A DNA stretch of 64,000 nucleotides, taken from positions 2,667,849-2,731,848 of the forward strand of contig CAVOFT010000001.1 in assembly GCA_963695095.1 (NCBI GenBank), given 5' to 3'. Positions within the stretch are counted from its first letter, which is position 1; each line of letters opens with the position of its first letter. The notes under the pieces are model-generated. The model had not been told where the DNA came from and searched no databases. It saw only the letters and a program-made list of their open reading frames with translations. A program made the position numbers and the translations under genes. The DNA is from an uncultured bacterium (GTDB taxonomy: Bacteria; Krumholzibacteriota; Krumholzibacteriia; JACNKJ01). Below are positions 27,746-37,220 of the stretch, piece by piece.

Positions 27746-29305
27746 ATGAATGCCAAGATCCACCTCGTCGAGCACAGCCGGCAGTCCTACAACTTCATGG
27801 TGGCCGCGGCCCGGAGTTGCTACTCGGCTCGCGGGCTCGTGACGCCTGAGCAGGTGGGAGCGGGCAGGCGGCAGGCTGTCCCCGCAGAGCGCTACGCGGC
27901 GCGGGACCGACTGGCCCTCAGCGTGTTCGAGGCCGGCCATCACACGACGCTGCAGCACGGACAGGTGCAATTCGCCCTGGAGGGCGTCAGCCGGCTCTTC
28001 ATCTGGAGCTTCCTGCATTCGCATCCCTTCTACAACTCGGAGCAGGTGAGCCAGCGCTACGTGCCGGTGGCCCCCGAGCACTACTACCGGCCGGCGCTTG
28101 CCGGGTCCGCGCTCGCGATCTACCGGGAGCAGGCGGAGCGCGCGGCTGCGGCCTACCGGGCCCTGGCCGCCCTGCTCGAGCCGCGCTGCCGCGAGCTCTA
28201 TCTCGAGCGCTTCCCTGCCCGCCGGCGCAGTCCACGCCTGGAGACGGATCCGACCAAGCTCGCCCTCGAAGCGGCCCGCTACGTGTTGCCCTTGGCCACG
28301 ACGGCCTACCTCTACCACACCGTGAGCGTGCTCACGCTCTTTCGCTACCAGCGCCTCGCCGAGCAGCGCGACGCCCCCGCCGAGACGCGCGCGGTGGTTG
28401 CGGCCATGGTGGCCGCGCTCCTCGCTGCCGAGCCCGAGTACGCGAAACTCCTGCAAGAGCCCCTGCCGCTTGCGGACACGCCGGAGGCCGGCTTCTTCGC
28501 CGCTCGCGAGGCGGCGCCCGGGGAGGCGGCGCGCTTCCGCGCGGCCTTCGACGCCGACCTGGCCGGCCGTCCCAGTCGCCTCGTCGCCGCCAGCGAGCCC
28601 GCGGAAGCCTTGGTCGCCGACGCCGTGCGCGAGGTGCTGGGGCTGCCCGCCAGTGCACTCGCCGACGAGGAGGCCATCGCGCTCTGCCTCGACCCCACCC
28701 GCAATCGCCTCTGGGGTGAGACGCTCAACCTCGCCACGATGGACCGCCTCGCTCGACCCCTGCACCACGTGCACTACAGCTTTCGCCGCCGGATCAGCCA
28801 CGCGGCCGACAGCCAGGACCAGCGCCACCGGATGACGCCGGCCAGCCGCCCCTCGCTGCTCAGCCAGGAGGACGGCCAGCCGGACTACATCACGCCCCGC
28901 CTCATCGAGCAGCTGCCCGCCGCCGAGCGCCTCTACCGGGAGACGATGGAACGCACCTGGGACGCCGTCGCGCGCTTCCGCGCCGCCGGGGGCAGCGCCG
29001 AGGACGCCCTCTACCTGCTCCCCAACGCGAAGTGCCTCCGCTACACGGAGAGCGGCGACCTGCTCAACTTCCGCCACAAGGCGGCGATGCGCCTTTGCTA
29101 CAACGCGCAGGAGGAGATCTGGCGGCTGACCTGGGAAGAGGCGCGTCAGGTCCGCGAGCGTCACCCCACCCTGGGCCGCTACCTCTTGCCGCCCTGTGGG
29201 CAGCGGCAGCTCGCCGGCAGTCACCCGCTCTGCCCCGAGGGCGAGCGCTACTGCGGCGTTCCGGTGTGGCGCCTGGCCTTCGCGGACTACGACCGGGTCC
29301 TCTGA
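27746..29305 (+). CDS. thyX: Tandem-duplicated flavin-dependent thymidylate synthase (ThyX-like), 519 aa. The first repeat is degenerate; the second carries the RHR-X7-S signature.
   Basis: Second half: ...FRRRISHAADSQDQRHRMTPASRPSLLSQ (RHR+7+S ThyX motif). First half: ...SVFEAGHHTTLQHGQVQFALEGVSRLFIWSFLHSHPFYNSEQVSQRYV is a ThyX-like fold with RHR replaced by HSH. The ORF is intact. Confidence 0.65.
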   Translation: MNAKIHLVEHSRQSYNFMVAAARSCYSARGLVTPEQVGAGRRQAVPAERYAARDRLALSVFEAGHHTTLQHGQVQFALEGVSRLFIWSFLHSHPFYNSEQVSQRYVPVAPEHYYRPALAGSALAIYREQAERAAAAYRALAALLEPRCRELYLERFPARRRSPRLETDPTKLALEAARYVLPLATTAYLYHTVSVLTLFRYQRLAEQRDAPAETRAVVAAMVAALLAAEPEYAKLLQEPLPLADTPEAGFFAAREAAPGEAARFRAAFDADLAGRPSRLVAASEPAEALVADAVREVLGLPASALADEEAIALCLDPTRNRLWGETLNLATMDRLARPLHHVHYSFRRRISHAADSQDQRHRMTPASRPSLLSQEDGQPDYITPRLIEQLPAAERLYRETMERTWDAVARFRAAGGSAEDALYLLPNAKCLRYTESGDLLNFRHKAAMRLCYNAQEEIWRLTWEEARQVRERHPTLGRYLLPPCGQRQLAGSHPLCPEGERYCGVPVWRLAFADYDRVL

Positions 29306-30543
29306 GGCCGCGCCGGGCTCAGCGCCTCGGCGAGGAGCTCGGCGGGATGCTGCACCGCGACAGGACTGCCCGCGCGAGCGAGGGCCGCCTCCCACTGCAG
29401 GCGGCAGCCGGGGTTGGCACTCAGCAGCGTATCGGCCTCGGTGCCGGCGAGATCCTCCAGCTTGCTGTCGATCATCGCCCGGGAGAGCAGCGGCTCGCGC
29501 AGGAAGTAGCTGCCGCCTGCGCCACAGCAGCGCTCCGCGTGCGGAAGCTCCACCCGCTCCAGACCGGCCACAGCGTCGAGCAGCGCGCGCGGCCCGGCCG
29601 CGATCCCCTGCGCATGGACGGCGTGGCAGGCATCGTCGTAGCTGACGCGGCGCGGCGCCGGCAGACGCAGGGCGCCGAGCTCGGCGGGGCTCACGCACTC
29701 GCTCCAGTCCCGCACGCGAGCGCTGAAGCGGGCCGCGGGCTCAGCCCAGTCCGGGTCCTCGGCCAGCCAGTGGGCGTACTCCTTGAGCGCAGCTCCGCAG
29801 CCGGCCGATCCCGTCACGATCGGGACCTCGTCGCCCTCGGCCGCGCAGGCGGCGATGTTCCTGCGGGCCAGGCGCAGGGAGCCCTCGATGTCGCCCAGAT
29901 GCCTGGCCAGGGCGCCGCAGCAGGTCCAGCCCGCGGGCAGGGCGTAGCCGCCGCCGGCATCCAGCAGGCGCAGCAGCGCCGCCTCCGTCGCCGGAAAGAG
30001 CAGGCCCTCGACGCAGCCCGGGAAGTAGAGCTGGGGGGCCGCAGGCCGCGGCGGCGGCGGGGCGGCCGGGCGCGGCAGGCGCCGCGGCAGCCAGGCCAGG
30101 CCGCGCAGGGCGCCGAGGCCCGGCAGGGGCGCGAGCCGCGCGAGCAGGCGCGGCAGACGGAGCCAGATGGCGATGCGCAGGGGCGCGCGCAGGCGGCGCA
30201 GGCGCTCCGGATGGGCGATGAAGACCTCCAGCGCCCAGCGCGAGACCAGCGAGAGCCCGCCGCGCCGCTCGCGCAGGCGGGCCTGCGCGCGGTCGAGCAT
30301 GCCCGCGTAGGGCACGCCGGCCGGGCAGCGCGCCTGACAGGCCAGGCAGCCCACGCAGTGATCGAGGTGGACCTCCCAGGACTCGCGTTCGGGCGAGGCC
30401 TGGGCGAGCAGTTCCATGAGACGAATGCGGCCGCGCGGCCCCTCGGCCTCCTCGCGTCCGATGTCGTAGGTGGGACAGACCTCCAGGCAGAGGCCGCAGT
30501 TCACGCATTCGAGCAGGTCGAAGGGCCGGCTGAACTCAGCCAA
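29287..30543 (-). CDS. glcF: Glycolate oxidase iron-sulfur subunit GlcF-like protein (2x[4Fe-4S] ferredoxin N-terminus plus two CCG domains).
   Basis: CVNCGLCLEVCP, CVGCLACQARCP, and C-terminal Cys-rich CCG motifs (GCVEGLLFP...TCCG..., PGCRLQ). It lies downstream of glcD and glcE. Confidence 0.7.
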   Translation of the reverse strand: MAEFSRPFDLLECVNCGLCLEVCPTYDIGREEAEGPRGRIRLMELLAQASPERESWEVHLDHCVGCLACQARCPAGVPYAGMLDRAQARLRERRGGLSLVSRWALEVFIAHPERLRRLRAPLRIAIWLRLPRLLARLAPLPGLGALRGLAWLPRRLPRPAAPPPPRPAAPQLYFPGCVEGLLFPATEAALLRLLDAGGGYALPAGWTCCGALARHLGDIEGSLRLARRNIAACAAEGDEVPIVTGSAGCGAALKEYAHWLAEDPDWAEPAARFSARVRDWSECVSPAELGALRLPAPRRVSYDDACHAVHAQGIAAGPRALLDAVAGLERVELPHAERCCGAGGSYFLREPLLSRAMIDSKLEDLAGTEADTLLSANPGCRLQWEAALARAGSPVAVQHPAELLAEALSPARPQRTRS

Positions 30544-31738
30544 AGAGCCACCTCCCCGGCGCCAGGCGGGCCTCGGGGTCGAGAGCCCGGGCCACGCGCT
30601 CGAGGAAGGCGGAACCGACGAGCCCCTGGAAGCTGGCCTGCCCTTCGGCGCTGCGGGCCCCCAGCTCGGCGCGGCGCAGCAGCAGGCTGCCCGTGGCCAA
30701 GGGCTGTTGGCCCTCGCGGAAGTCGGACGAGGGCTCGCTGCGCAGGCGCCGGCCCGGAAAGTCCAGCGCCCAGCGCGGCCCGATCGCGGGCACCAGGGCC
30801 AGCAGGCGCTCGAGAGCGCCTCGGTACTCTCGAAGCGCCGGGCGCGGCTCGAGCAAACCGCTGCTGGGGAAATCGCGGATGGCGCGCAACCAGGGACCCT
30901 GGTCGATCCCCTCGCGCGCCGTGATCACCGGCAGGAGGCCCTCCTCGCCGAGGAGCGCGAGCAGCCGTCCTTCCTGCTCCTCGATGGCGGCGGCGCGACC
31001 TTCCAGGCCGAAGACGAGGTGCAGGGCCGGCTCGAGGCCCTCGAGCTCGAGCCCGGGGCCGAGCAGCAGCTGGCCGGCAGGGAAGTCGCAGCGCCGGAAG
31101 AGCAGGCGCCCGGCCGCCACTGCCCGTTCCGGGAGACGGTAGCCCAGGACGAGCAAACGGCGCGCCTCGGGCCGCGGCCGCGTGCGCAGGCGCAGACGCG
31201 TGAGAATCGCCAGGGCGCCGCGGCTGCCGGCCATGAGTCGGCAGAGATCGTAGGCGGTGACGTTCTTCATCACCCGCCCCCCGCCGACGAAGGGGCTCCC
31301 ATCGCTGAGCAGGCCGGCGACCCCGAGCAGCCGGTCGCGGGGACTGCGCTGGCCCCCGCGCCAGGGCCAGGATTCGTCGCAGGCGACGACGCCGCCCACG
31401 CTGCGCTGTTCGGGATGCGAAACCTGCCAGTCGAGTTCACGGTCGTCGGCGGCGAGGGCGGCCTGCACGTCGATCCAGGGCGTGCCGGCCGCGACCTCCA
31501 CGAAGAAGTCCGCGCGGGAGTGCTCGAGGACCCCCCGCAGGGAGGCCGTCGACAGCAGCCACTGGGCGGGCCCCGGCAGGGGCGGCAGCTCCTCGAGCAG
31601 GCGGGCGCCCGTCGGGTAGAGCAGCTTGCCGCGGCCGGCGCGGTCTTCGAGCAGGCGAGCAAGCTCGTCCGCGGCCTCGGGGCGGAACAGCCGCGGCGCC
31701 TCCTCGCCCTCGCTGCTGCCGGCCCGCGTGGTCACCAC
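30536..31738 (-). CDS. glcE: Glycolate oxidase FAD-binding subunit GlcE-like protein.
   Basis: FAD_binding_4-like region (GGGRVMKNVTAYDLCRLMAGSRGALAILTRLRLRTRP) and its position between glcD and glcF. Confidence 0.6.
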   Translation of the reverse strand: MVTTRAGSSEGEEAPRLFRPEAADELARLLEDRAGRGKLLYPTGARLLEELPPLPGPAQWLLSTASLRGVLEHSRADFFVEVAAGTPWIDVQAALAADDRELDWQVSHPEQRSVGGVVACDESWPWRGGQRSPRDRLLGVAGLLSDGSPFVGGGRVMKNVTAYDLCRLMAGSRGALAILTRLRLRTRPRPEARRLLVLGYRLPERAVAAGRLLFRRCDFPAGQLLLGPGLELEGLEPALHLVFGLEGRAAAIEEQEGRLLALLGEEGLLPVITAREGIDQGPWLRAIRDFPSSGLLEPRPALREYRGALERLLALVPAIGPRWALDFPGRRLRSEPSSDFREGQQPLATGSLLLRRAELGARSAEGQASFQGLVGSAFLERVARALDPEARLAPGRWLFG

Positions 31739-31761
31739 GCGCAGGGGATGGCCGCCGGGTT

Positions 31762-33180
31762 TCAGATCGGCGGGGGAAAGATCTTGCCCGGATTCAGGAT
31801 GCCCCGCGGATCGAGGGCCTTCTTGAGCCGCAGGTGCGGCTCGCGGTCGGCGAGGCTCAGGGCGCGCGGCAGGTAGGCCGCCTTCTCGATGCCGATGCCG
31901 TGCTCCCCGCTCAGGGTGCCGCCCAGTTCGACGGCGAGATCGGCGAGGCCCTCGTTGAGCCGGTGCAGTCGGCTCAGCTGGGCCGGGTCCTCGCGATCGA
32001 AGCCGATGTTGGGGTGAAGATTGCCGTCGCCGGCGTGGAAGACGTTGGCCACCGGCAGCTCGTGGGCGGCGGCGAGTTCGCCCACGCGGCGGATGGCCTC
32101 GGGCAGACGGCTGATCGGCACGCAGATGTCCTGCACGACGATGTCGCGGTAGAGCCGCCCCAGCGCGCCGAAGGCGCCCTTGCGGCCGCGCCAGAGCAGC
32201 TTGCGCTCGGTCGGATCCGTCGCCTCGCGCAGCCAGAGGGCGCCCTCGGCCGCCAGCAGGCTCGCCAGTTCCGCGCGCTCGGTGGCGACCTGGCCCGGCA
32301 GGCCGTCGAGTTCGACGAGCAGCACGGCCTCGGCCTCGGCCGGGTAGCCCGCGCGAAAGACCGAACCCTCGACGGCGCGCAGGGCCTCCCGGTCGAGGAT
32401 CTCCAGGGCGGCGGGCCTGAGGCCCCGCTCGAGGATGCGGCTCACGACGGCGCAGGCCGCCTCCAGGCTGGCGTAGGGCGCGAGCAGCGTCGCCACGGCC
32501 TCCGGCAGCGGCGTGAGCGCGAGTTCCATGGCCGTCACCAGCGCGAGCGTGCCCTCGCTGCCCGTCAGCAGGCCGACGGCGTCCAGGGGGTCGCCGCCCG
32601 GCGATCCGCTCCCCAGGCGGTGCTGCGTGCCGCGATCATCGACGATCTCCAGACCCAGCACGTGCTGCGTGGTGACGCCGATCTTGAAGCAATGGGGACC
32701 GCCCGCGTTCTCGGCGACGTTGCCGCCGAGAGTGGCCACGGTCTGGCTGCTGGGGTCCGGCGCAAAGCAGAGCCCGGCCGGAGCGAGCGCCTCCTGCAGC
32801 TCGCGGTTGACGAGACCGGGTTCCACCCAGGCGCGGCGCGAAGCGGCATCCCAGCTCAGGATGCGGCGCATGCGCGTGAAGGCGACGAGCAGGCCGCCCT
32901 CCAGGGGCACGGCGCCACCGGAGAGGCCGGTGCCGGCGCCGCGGGCGGTGAGCGGCAGCCCCTCTTCGGCGGCCAGCTTGACGATGGCCGCGCACTGCTC
33001 GGCGTTGCGCGGCAGCAGCACGAGGTCGGGCGCACGCCGATAGAGGCGCTGGCTGTCGCTCTCGTAGAGCGAGCGCAGGGCCGGCGACTCCAGCAGGTCC
33101 CCCGCCGCGAGCAGGCGCCGGAGTTCCCTGCGGACCCGCTCGATCACGGCCTGTCGCCCCGCGTCGGATCGCAGAGGCTC
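31762..33180 (-). CDS. glcD: FAD-linked oxidase GlcD-like protein (glycolate/D-lactate dehydrogenase family).
   Basis: ARGAGTGLSGGAVP, GLCFAPDPSSQTVATLGGNVAENAGGPHCFKIGVTTQHVLGLEIV, C-terminal HAGDGNLHPN and LSGEHGIGIEKAAYL. The N-terminal about 55 codons of track ORF 31762..33348 are over-extension. Confidence 0.8.
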   Translation of the reverse strand, partial: EPLRSDAGRQAVIERVRRELRRLLAAGDLLESPALRSLYESDSQRLYRRAPDLVLLPRNAEQCAAIVKLAAEEGLPLTARGAGTGLSGGAVPLEGGLLVAFTRMRRILSWDAASRRAWVEPGLVNRELQEALAPAGLCFAPDPSSQTVATLGGNVAENAGGPHCFKIGVTTQHVLGLEIVDDRGTQHRLGSGSPGGDPLDAVGLLTGSEGTLALVTAMELALTPLPEAVATLLAPYASLEAACAVVSRILERGLRPAALEILDREALRAVEGSVFRAGYPAEAEAVLLVELDGLPGQVATERAELASLLAAEGALWLREATDPTERKLLWRGRKGAFGALGRLYRDIVVQDICVPISRLPEAIRRVGELAAAHELPVANVFHAGDGNLHPNIGFDREDPAQLSRLHRLNEGLADLAVELGGTLSGEHGIGIEKAAYLPRALSLADREPHLRLKKALDPRGILNPGKIFPPPI

Positions 33181-34988
33181 ACCCAGTCGCCGCTGAGCAG
33201 GCTGACGACGGGCCCGCCGGGCTCCAGGCGGCCGAGCGCGACCGGGGACTCGATCTGGTCGAAGCCGGCGATGAGGGTCGCCGTCGTCCCCGACCAATCG
33301 AGGGCATAGCCCATCACGCGGGTCTGCCCGACCAGGCGCCCCCACCATTCGTCGCCGCCCGCGCTGAAGCGGCCGAGGCTCATGAATTCGGGCAGCGTGA
33401 TGCTCGTCTGCGCGGCGAAGTCGCCGGCGTCGATGCGCTGCAGCGAGCTCGCGGCCACGTAGGCGAGCAAGAGGCCGCCGGCGCCGTCGAGCTGGAGGGC
33501 GATCGGGAAGCCGGGCAGATCGATGCTCTCGGCGAGGAAGGGCGAGCCCGTCAGGTCCACGCGCAGCAGGCGCAGGTTGCCGCCGGTCTCGGCGACGAAG
33601 AGCTGCTTGCCGTCGGGATCGGCGGCGAGCCGGCTGCCGGGGCTCAGGCTGCCCAGGAAGTCCAGGGTGTCCAGGGGCAGGAAGTTCAGGACGTCGTAGA
33701 GCACCGGAGCGCCGCCCGCGGCCGGCGCGAGGATGAGGCTGTCGCCCCCCAGCCAGGCGAGCGCGCCGGGCAGCAGCGCCGCGCTGCCCTCGCGCAGCAG
33801 CGCCAGCGGATCGCTGTCCAGGAGCTGCAGCGTGGCCTGCTGCCCGCCGGCGGCCGCGGCGGCCCAGAGGCGGCCGTCCGGCAGCGGCAGGATGACGGCG
33901 GGCGAGGCGCCGAGCGTGAGCGAATCCCGGGCGACGCCCTGGCCGTCGACGCTGAGCAGGCGCCCGCCGCTGTCATCGGCCAGCAGGAAGCGATCGCCGC
34001 CGGTCGGGAAGACCAGGCTTCTCTCCTCGGCATCGAGGCCGGCGAAGCGCTGCGCCGCGGCTCTGACATGGCAGAGCCCCAGCGGGCTCGTCGCCTGGCC
34101 CTGGCTGTCCAGCGTGTAGAGGCGATAGGTGTAGACCGCGTTGGCGGCCACGGCGAGGTCGGTGAAGAGCGTATCCGCCGGATCCGCGCTCGCGAAGACG
34201 AGCAGGTCGAGACTGTCGGCCGTGCTATCGCCCGTGTCACGGTAGAGGCGATAGCCGGCGAAGTCCGCGTCCGCGTTCGCGGCCCAGCGCAGGGGGATCC
34301 GCGCGTAGTCGCCCGTGGGCTGGAAGCGCAGGCGCGAGGCCGCGGGCGGCGCGTCGATGGCGGCCGTCACCGTGAGCGCAGCGCTCAGATTGCCCGAGGG
34401 ATCGATGCTGGCCAGCGTGTAGATGTAGTCGCGCTCCGGGGCGATGGCGATGTCCAGCCACGCGTTCACCGCGATGTCGAAGCGCTGCGCCTGCGGGTCG
34501 CCCGGGCTCTTGGTCACCCAGTAGCCGTCCAGGTCGCTGCTGTCGGCCGGGGCCGTCCAGACGAGGCGCAGGAACTCGCCCCCCACGCTCTGGACGCTGA
34601 AGCTCAGCGGCGCCGGCGGCGGCGTCACATCGAAGGGCAGCAGGGCGAAGCTCTGCTGCTCGTCCGCCTCGCCGAGTTCGACCCAGCGGCTCTCGGCGGC
34701 GAAGCCCGGCAGGCTGACGCGCAGGCTGTCGGCGCCGGTCGCCGTCGGGGCGAGGGTGTAGCTGCCGTCGGCGGCGCTGGTCGCGCTCAGCCCGCCCCAG
34801 CTCAGCGTGGCGCCGGCCAGCGGCACTTCCGGATTGAGGCGCTGGTAGATGGCGCCCTGCAGGCGCCCCGGGGCGACCTGCTCGGGCGGGGTGACCTTGC
34901 CGCTCTCGTCGCAGGCGCTGATCAGCGCGGCGAGAGCAAGCAGCGAGAGGGCAGCGGCGGACAGGATTCGGCGCGGCGGCGTGCTCAT
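33144..34988 (-). CDS. Large lipoprotein with carboxypeptidase-regulatory-like, fibronectin-III-like and beta-propeller-like regions.
   Basis: MSTPPRRILSAAALSLLALAALISAC (lipobox), then repeated beta-rich modules (VTPPPAPLSFSVQSVGGEFLRLVWTAPADSSDLDGYWV..., ...AGYRLYRDTGDS...). Confidence 0.45.
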   Translation of the reverse strand: MSTPPRRILSAAALSLLALAALISACDESGKVTPPEQVAPGRLQGAIYQRLNPEVPLAGATLSWGGLSATSAADGSYTLAPTATGADSLRVSLPGFAAESRWVELGEADEQQSFALLPFDVTPPPAPLSFSVQSVGGEFLRLVWTAPADSSDLDGYWVTKSPGDPQAQRFDIAVNAWLDIAIAPERDYIYTLASIDPSGNLSAALTVTAAIDAPPAASRLRFQPTGDYARIPLRWAANADADFAGYRLYRDTGDSTADSLDLLVFASADPADTLFTDLAVAANAVYTYRLYTLDSQGQATSPLGLCHVRAAAQRFAGLDAEERSLVFPTGGDRFLLADDSGGRLLSVDGQGVARDSLTLGASPAVILPLPDGRLWAAAAAGGQQATLQLLDSDPLALLREGSAALLPGALAWLGGDSLILAPAAGGAPVLYDVLNFLPLDTLDFLGSLSPGSRLAADPDGKQLFVAETGGNLRLLRVDLTGSPFLAESIDLPGFPIALQLDGAGGLLLAYVAASSLQRIDAGDFAAQTSITLPEFMSLGRFSAGGDEWWGRLVGQTRVMGYALDWSGTTATLIAGFDQIESPVALGRLEPGGPVVSLLSGDWVSLCDPTRGDRP

Positions 34989-35122
34989 CGAGGCTCCCTG
35001 GCAGGGGGGAATACCCTGAGATAAGCGCATTGGGAGGCCCGGGTCAATCGGCCAGCCGCCGGCCTTGCCTGGCGGCGGCCTCGCCCCTATCCTGCACAGG
35101 TACCCCTGCCCGCGGAGAAGCC

Positions 35123-35995
35123 GTGAGTCCGCGACCCGCCCCCCTGCGCCGCCCCGACTGGCTGAAGGTCCGCCTGGACACGGGCGAGGACTATCGCGAA
35201 CTCAAGCGCCTGATCGGCGAGCAGGCCCTCAACACGGTCTGCGAGGAGGCGCGCTGCCCCAACCTGCACGAGTGCTGGAACGCGCGCAGCGCCACCTTCA
35301 TGATCCTGGGCGACACCTGCACGCGGCACTGCGGCTTCTGCAGCGTGGGCAAGGGGCGGCCGCTCGCGCCCGACGCCGACGAGCCGCGCCGCGTGGCCGA
35401 GGCCGTGCGCGCCATGGGCTGCCGCCACGCGGTGCTGACCAGCGTGGACCGCGACGACCTCGCCGACCTCGGCGCCGGCCACTGGGCGGCGACCCTGCGC
35501 GCGGTGCGCGCCGCGAGTCCGGGTCTCACGATTGAAACGCTGATTCCCGACTTCCAGGGCCGCCGCGATTGCCTGGCCACGGTGATGGCCGAGCGGCCCG
35601 AGGTGCTCAGCCACAACGTCGAAACCGTGCCCGAACGCTACAAGCCCGTGCGCCACGACTCGAGCTGGACGCGCTCGCTGGCCGTGCTCACGATGGCGAA
35701 GGAGTGGCAGGTAGATTACCGCGTGGGCATCAAGAGCGGGATGATGCTGGGCCTCGGCGAGACGCGCGAGCAGCTCATCGCGGCGATGGGCGGCCTGCTC
35801 GGCGCGGGCTGCGAGATCCTCACGCTGGGGCAGTACCTGTCGCCGACGCGGCATCACCTGCCTGTGGAGCGCTTCGTGCCGCCCGACGAGTTCGCCGAGC
35901 TGAAGCTGATCGGCGAGGCGATGGGCTTCAAGCACGTCGAAGCCGGCCCCTTCGTGCGCTCGAGCTACATGGCGCACAAGCACGTTGGGCTCTGA
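35123..35995 (+). CDS. lipA: Lipoyl synthase (radical SAM).
   Basis: KPDWLKV-type N-terminus (RRPDWLKVRL), auxiliary cluster CEEARCPNLHEC, radical-SAM CTRHCGFC, and C-terminal ...RSSY. Confidence 0.9.
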   Translation: MSPRPAPLRRPDWLKVRLDTGEDYRELKRLIGEQALNTVCEEARCPNLHECWNARSATFMILGDTCTRHCGFCSVGKGRPLAPDADEPRRVAEAVRAMGCRHAVLTSVDRDDLADLGAGHWAATLRAVRAASPGLTIETLIPDFQGRRDCLATVMAERPEVLSHNVETVPERYKPVRHDSSWTRSLAVLTMAKEWQVDYRVGIKSGMMLGLGETREQLIAAMGGLLGAGCEILTLGQYLSPTRHHLPVERFVPPDEFAELKLIGEAMGFKHVEAGPFVRSSYMAHKHVGL

Positions 35996-36042
35996 TCGGC
36001 CAGTGCCCGGCGCAGGCATACCTGTACCGCACGCCGTGGGCC

Positions 36043-36716
36043 TCACTCCTCCTGTGCCGCCTCCATTGCCGCCACCGAGCGGCGAAAGAGATCCAGGACT
36101 GTACCGCGGTATTCGTCGAGGTTCTCACGGCACTCTGGCGAGGAGAAGACGAAGACAGAAGACCAGTGCAGTAGTGGCGTATCGCCGAGACGAGGGTTGG
36201 TGTTCCGCATCATCAACCCCGCGATTTCGGCGCCGGGACGCAACAGCTGGACTTTGAGTCGGGAGTCGAAGAATCTTGGAGAATCGGGAGTGCGGGCATC
36301 ACTGACGACTTCTGCGATCTTTCCAGGAGACTCGCCGGACAGGACGGAAGCAATGCGAATCCTCAGAACGGAGTAACTTGTATACCGGAGACGGGGGAGG
36401 TCTGTCTCGGGGTCGAAAAGCGATGGGAATCGCTCTTTCCAAATTGGGGCGATCCCGAGGACGGTGCCCGTGAAGTACACATAGTCTCTATGGAAGTCAA
36501 AGCCCGGGTCCATGCGATATGGACCGGGGAGGTGCAAGGCGGCGATGGAATCGCCCGCGGTGGCAGAAGCGGGAAGGTCGAAGAAGTCGTGGTAGTAGAG
36601 AGACTCTGGGTCATCGGCGCGCGGTCCCTGGTTGGTCATCTGCGAGCCAGCAACGGCCGACGGCGACAGAGCCATTACCCCGATTGCTACGACAAGTGCG
36701 GCACGATGCGTCACCA
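36043..36716 (-). CDS. Hypothetical secreted protein in a lower-GC (about 55-58%) patch.
   Basis: Signal peptide MVTHRAALVVAIGVMALSPSAVAGS. No recognisable domain. Codon usage is AT-shifted relative to its neighbours. Confidence 0.35.
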
Positions 36717-36787
36717 TATCCCCACTCCAGTACGGGAGTCCCAACCCCTGACGGCGGGCCACGGCAAGTCTGTGGCCCAGCCGCAAG

Positions 36788-37153
36788 CTACCGCAGGCGC
36801 CAGAAGCTCCAGGCGAGCAGCAGCCAGCCGGCGAGGAAGGCCAGACCGCCCAGCGGCGTGATCGCCCCCAGCCAGCGCAGGCCGGAGAGCGCGAGCGCGT
36901 AGAGGCTGCCCGAGAAGACCAGGGTCCCCGCCACGAAGCACCAGCCCGCCGCGCGCGCGGCGGTCTGGCCGCCTGCGTGCAACGCCCAGGCCACGGCGAT
37001 GAGCGCGAAGGCGTGGTAGAGCTGGTAGCGCACGCCGGTCTCGAAGATCGCCAGCATGTCGGGGGCGAGGCGGCTCTTCAGCCCGTGCGCGGCGAAGGCG
37101 CCGAGGGCGACGGCGATGAATCCCGAGAGCGCGCCGAGGACTGCGAAGATCAT
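36788..37153 (-). CDS. DUF423/YgdD-family small membrane protein.
   Basis: MIFAVLGALSGFIAVALGAFAAHGLK...ETGVRYQLYHAFALIAVAW... has 4 predicted TM segments and the typical AFxAHG motif. The track ORF 36788..37405 is over-extended. Confidence 0.55.
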   Translation of the reverse strand: MIFAVLGALSGFIAVALGAFAAHGLKSRLAPDMLAIFETGVRYQLYHAFALIAVAWALHAGGQTAARAAGWCFVAGTLVFSGSLYALALSGLRWLGAITPLGGLAFLAGWLLLAWSFWRLR

Positions 37154-37220
37154 GGCCGCAAGATAGCAGAGCCGCCGGCCGCGCGCATCACCTGGCTGGC
37201 GCTTCGCGGGGCCGCGCCGA

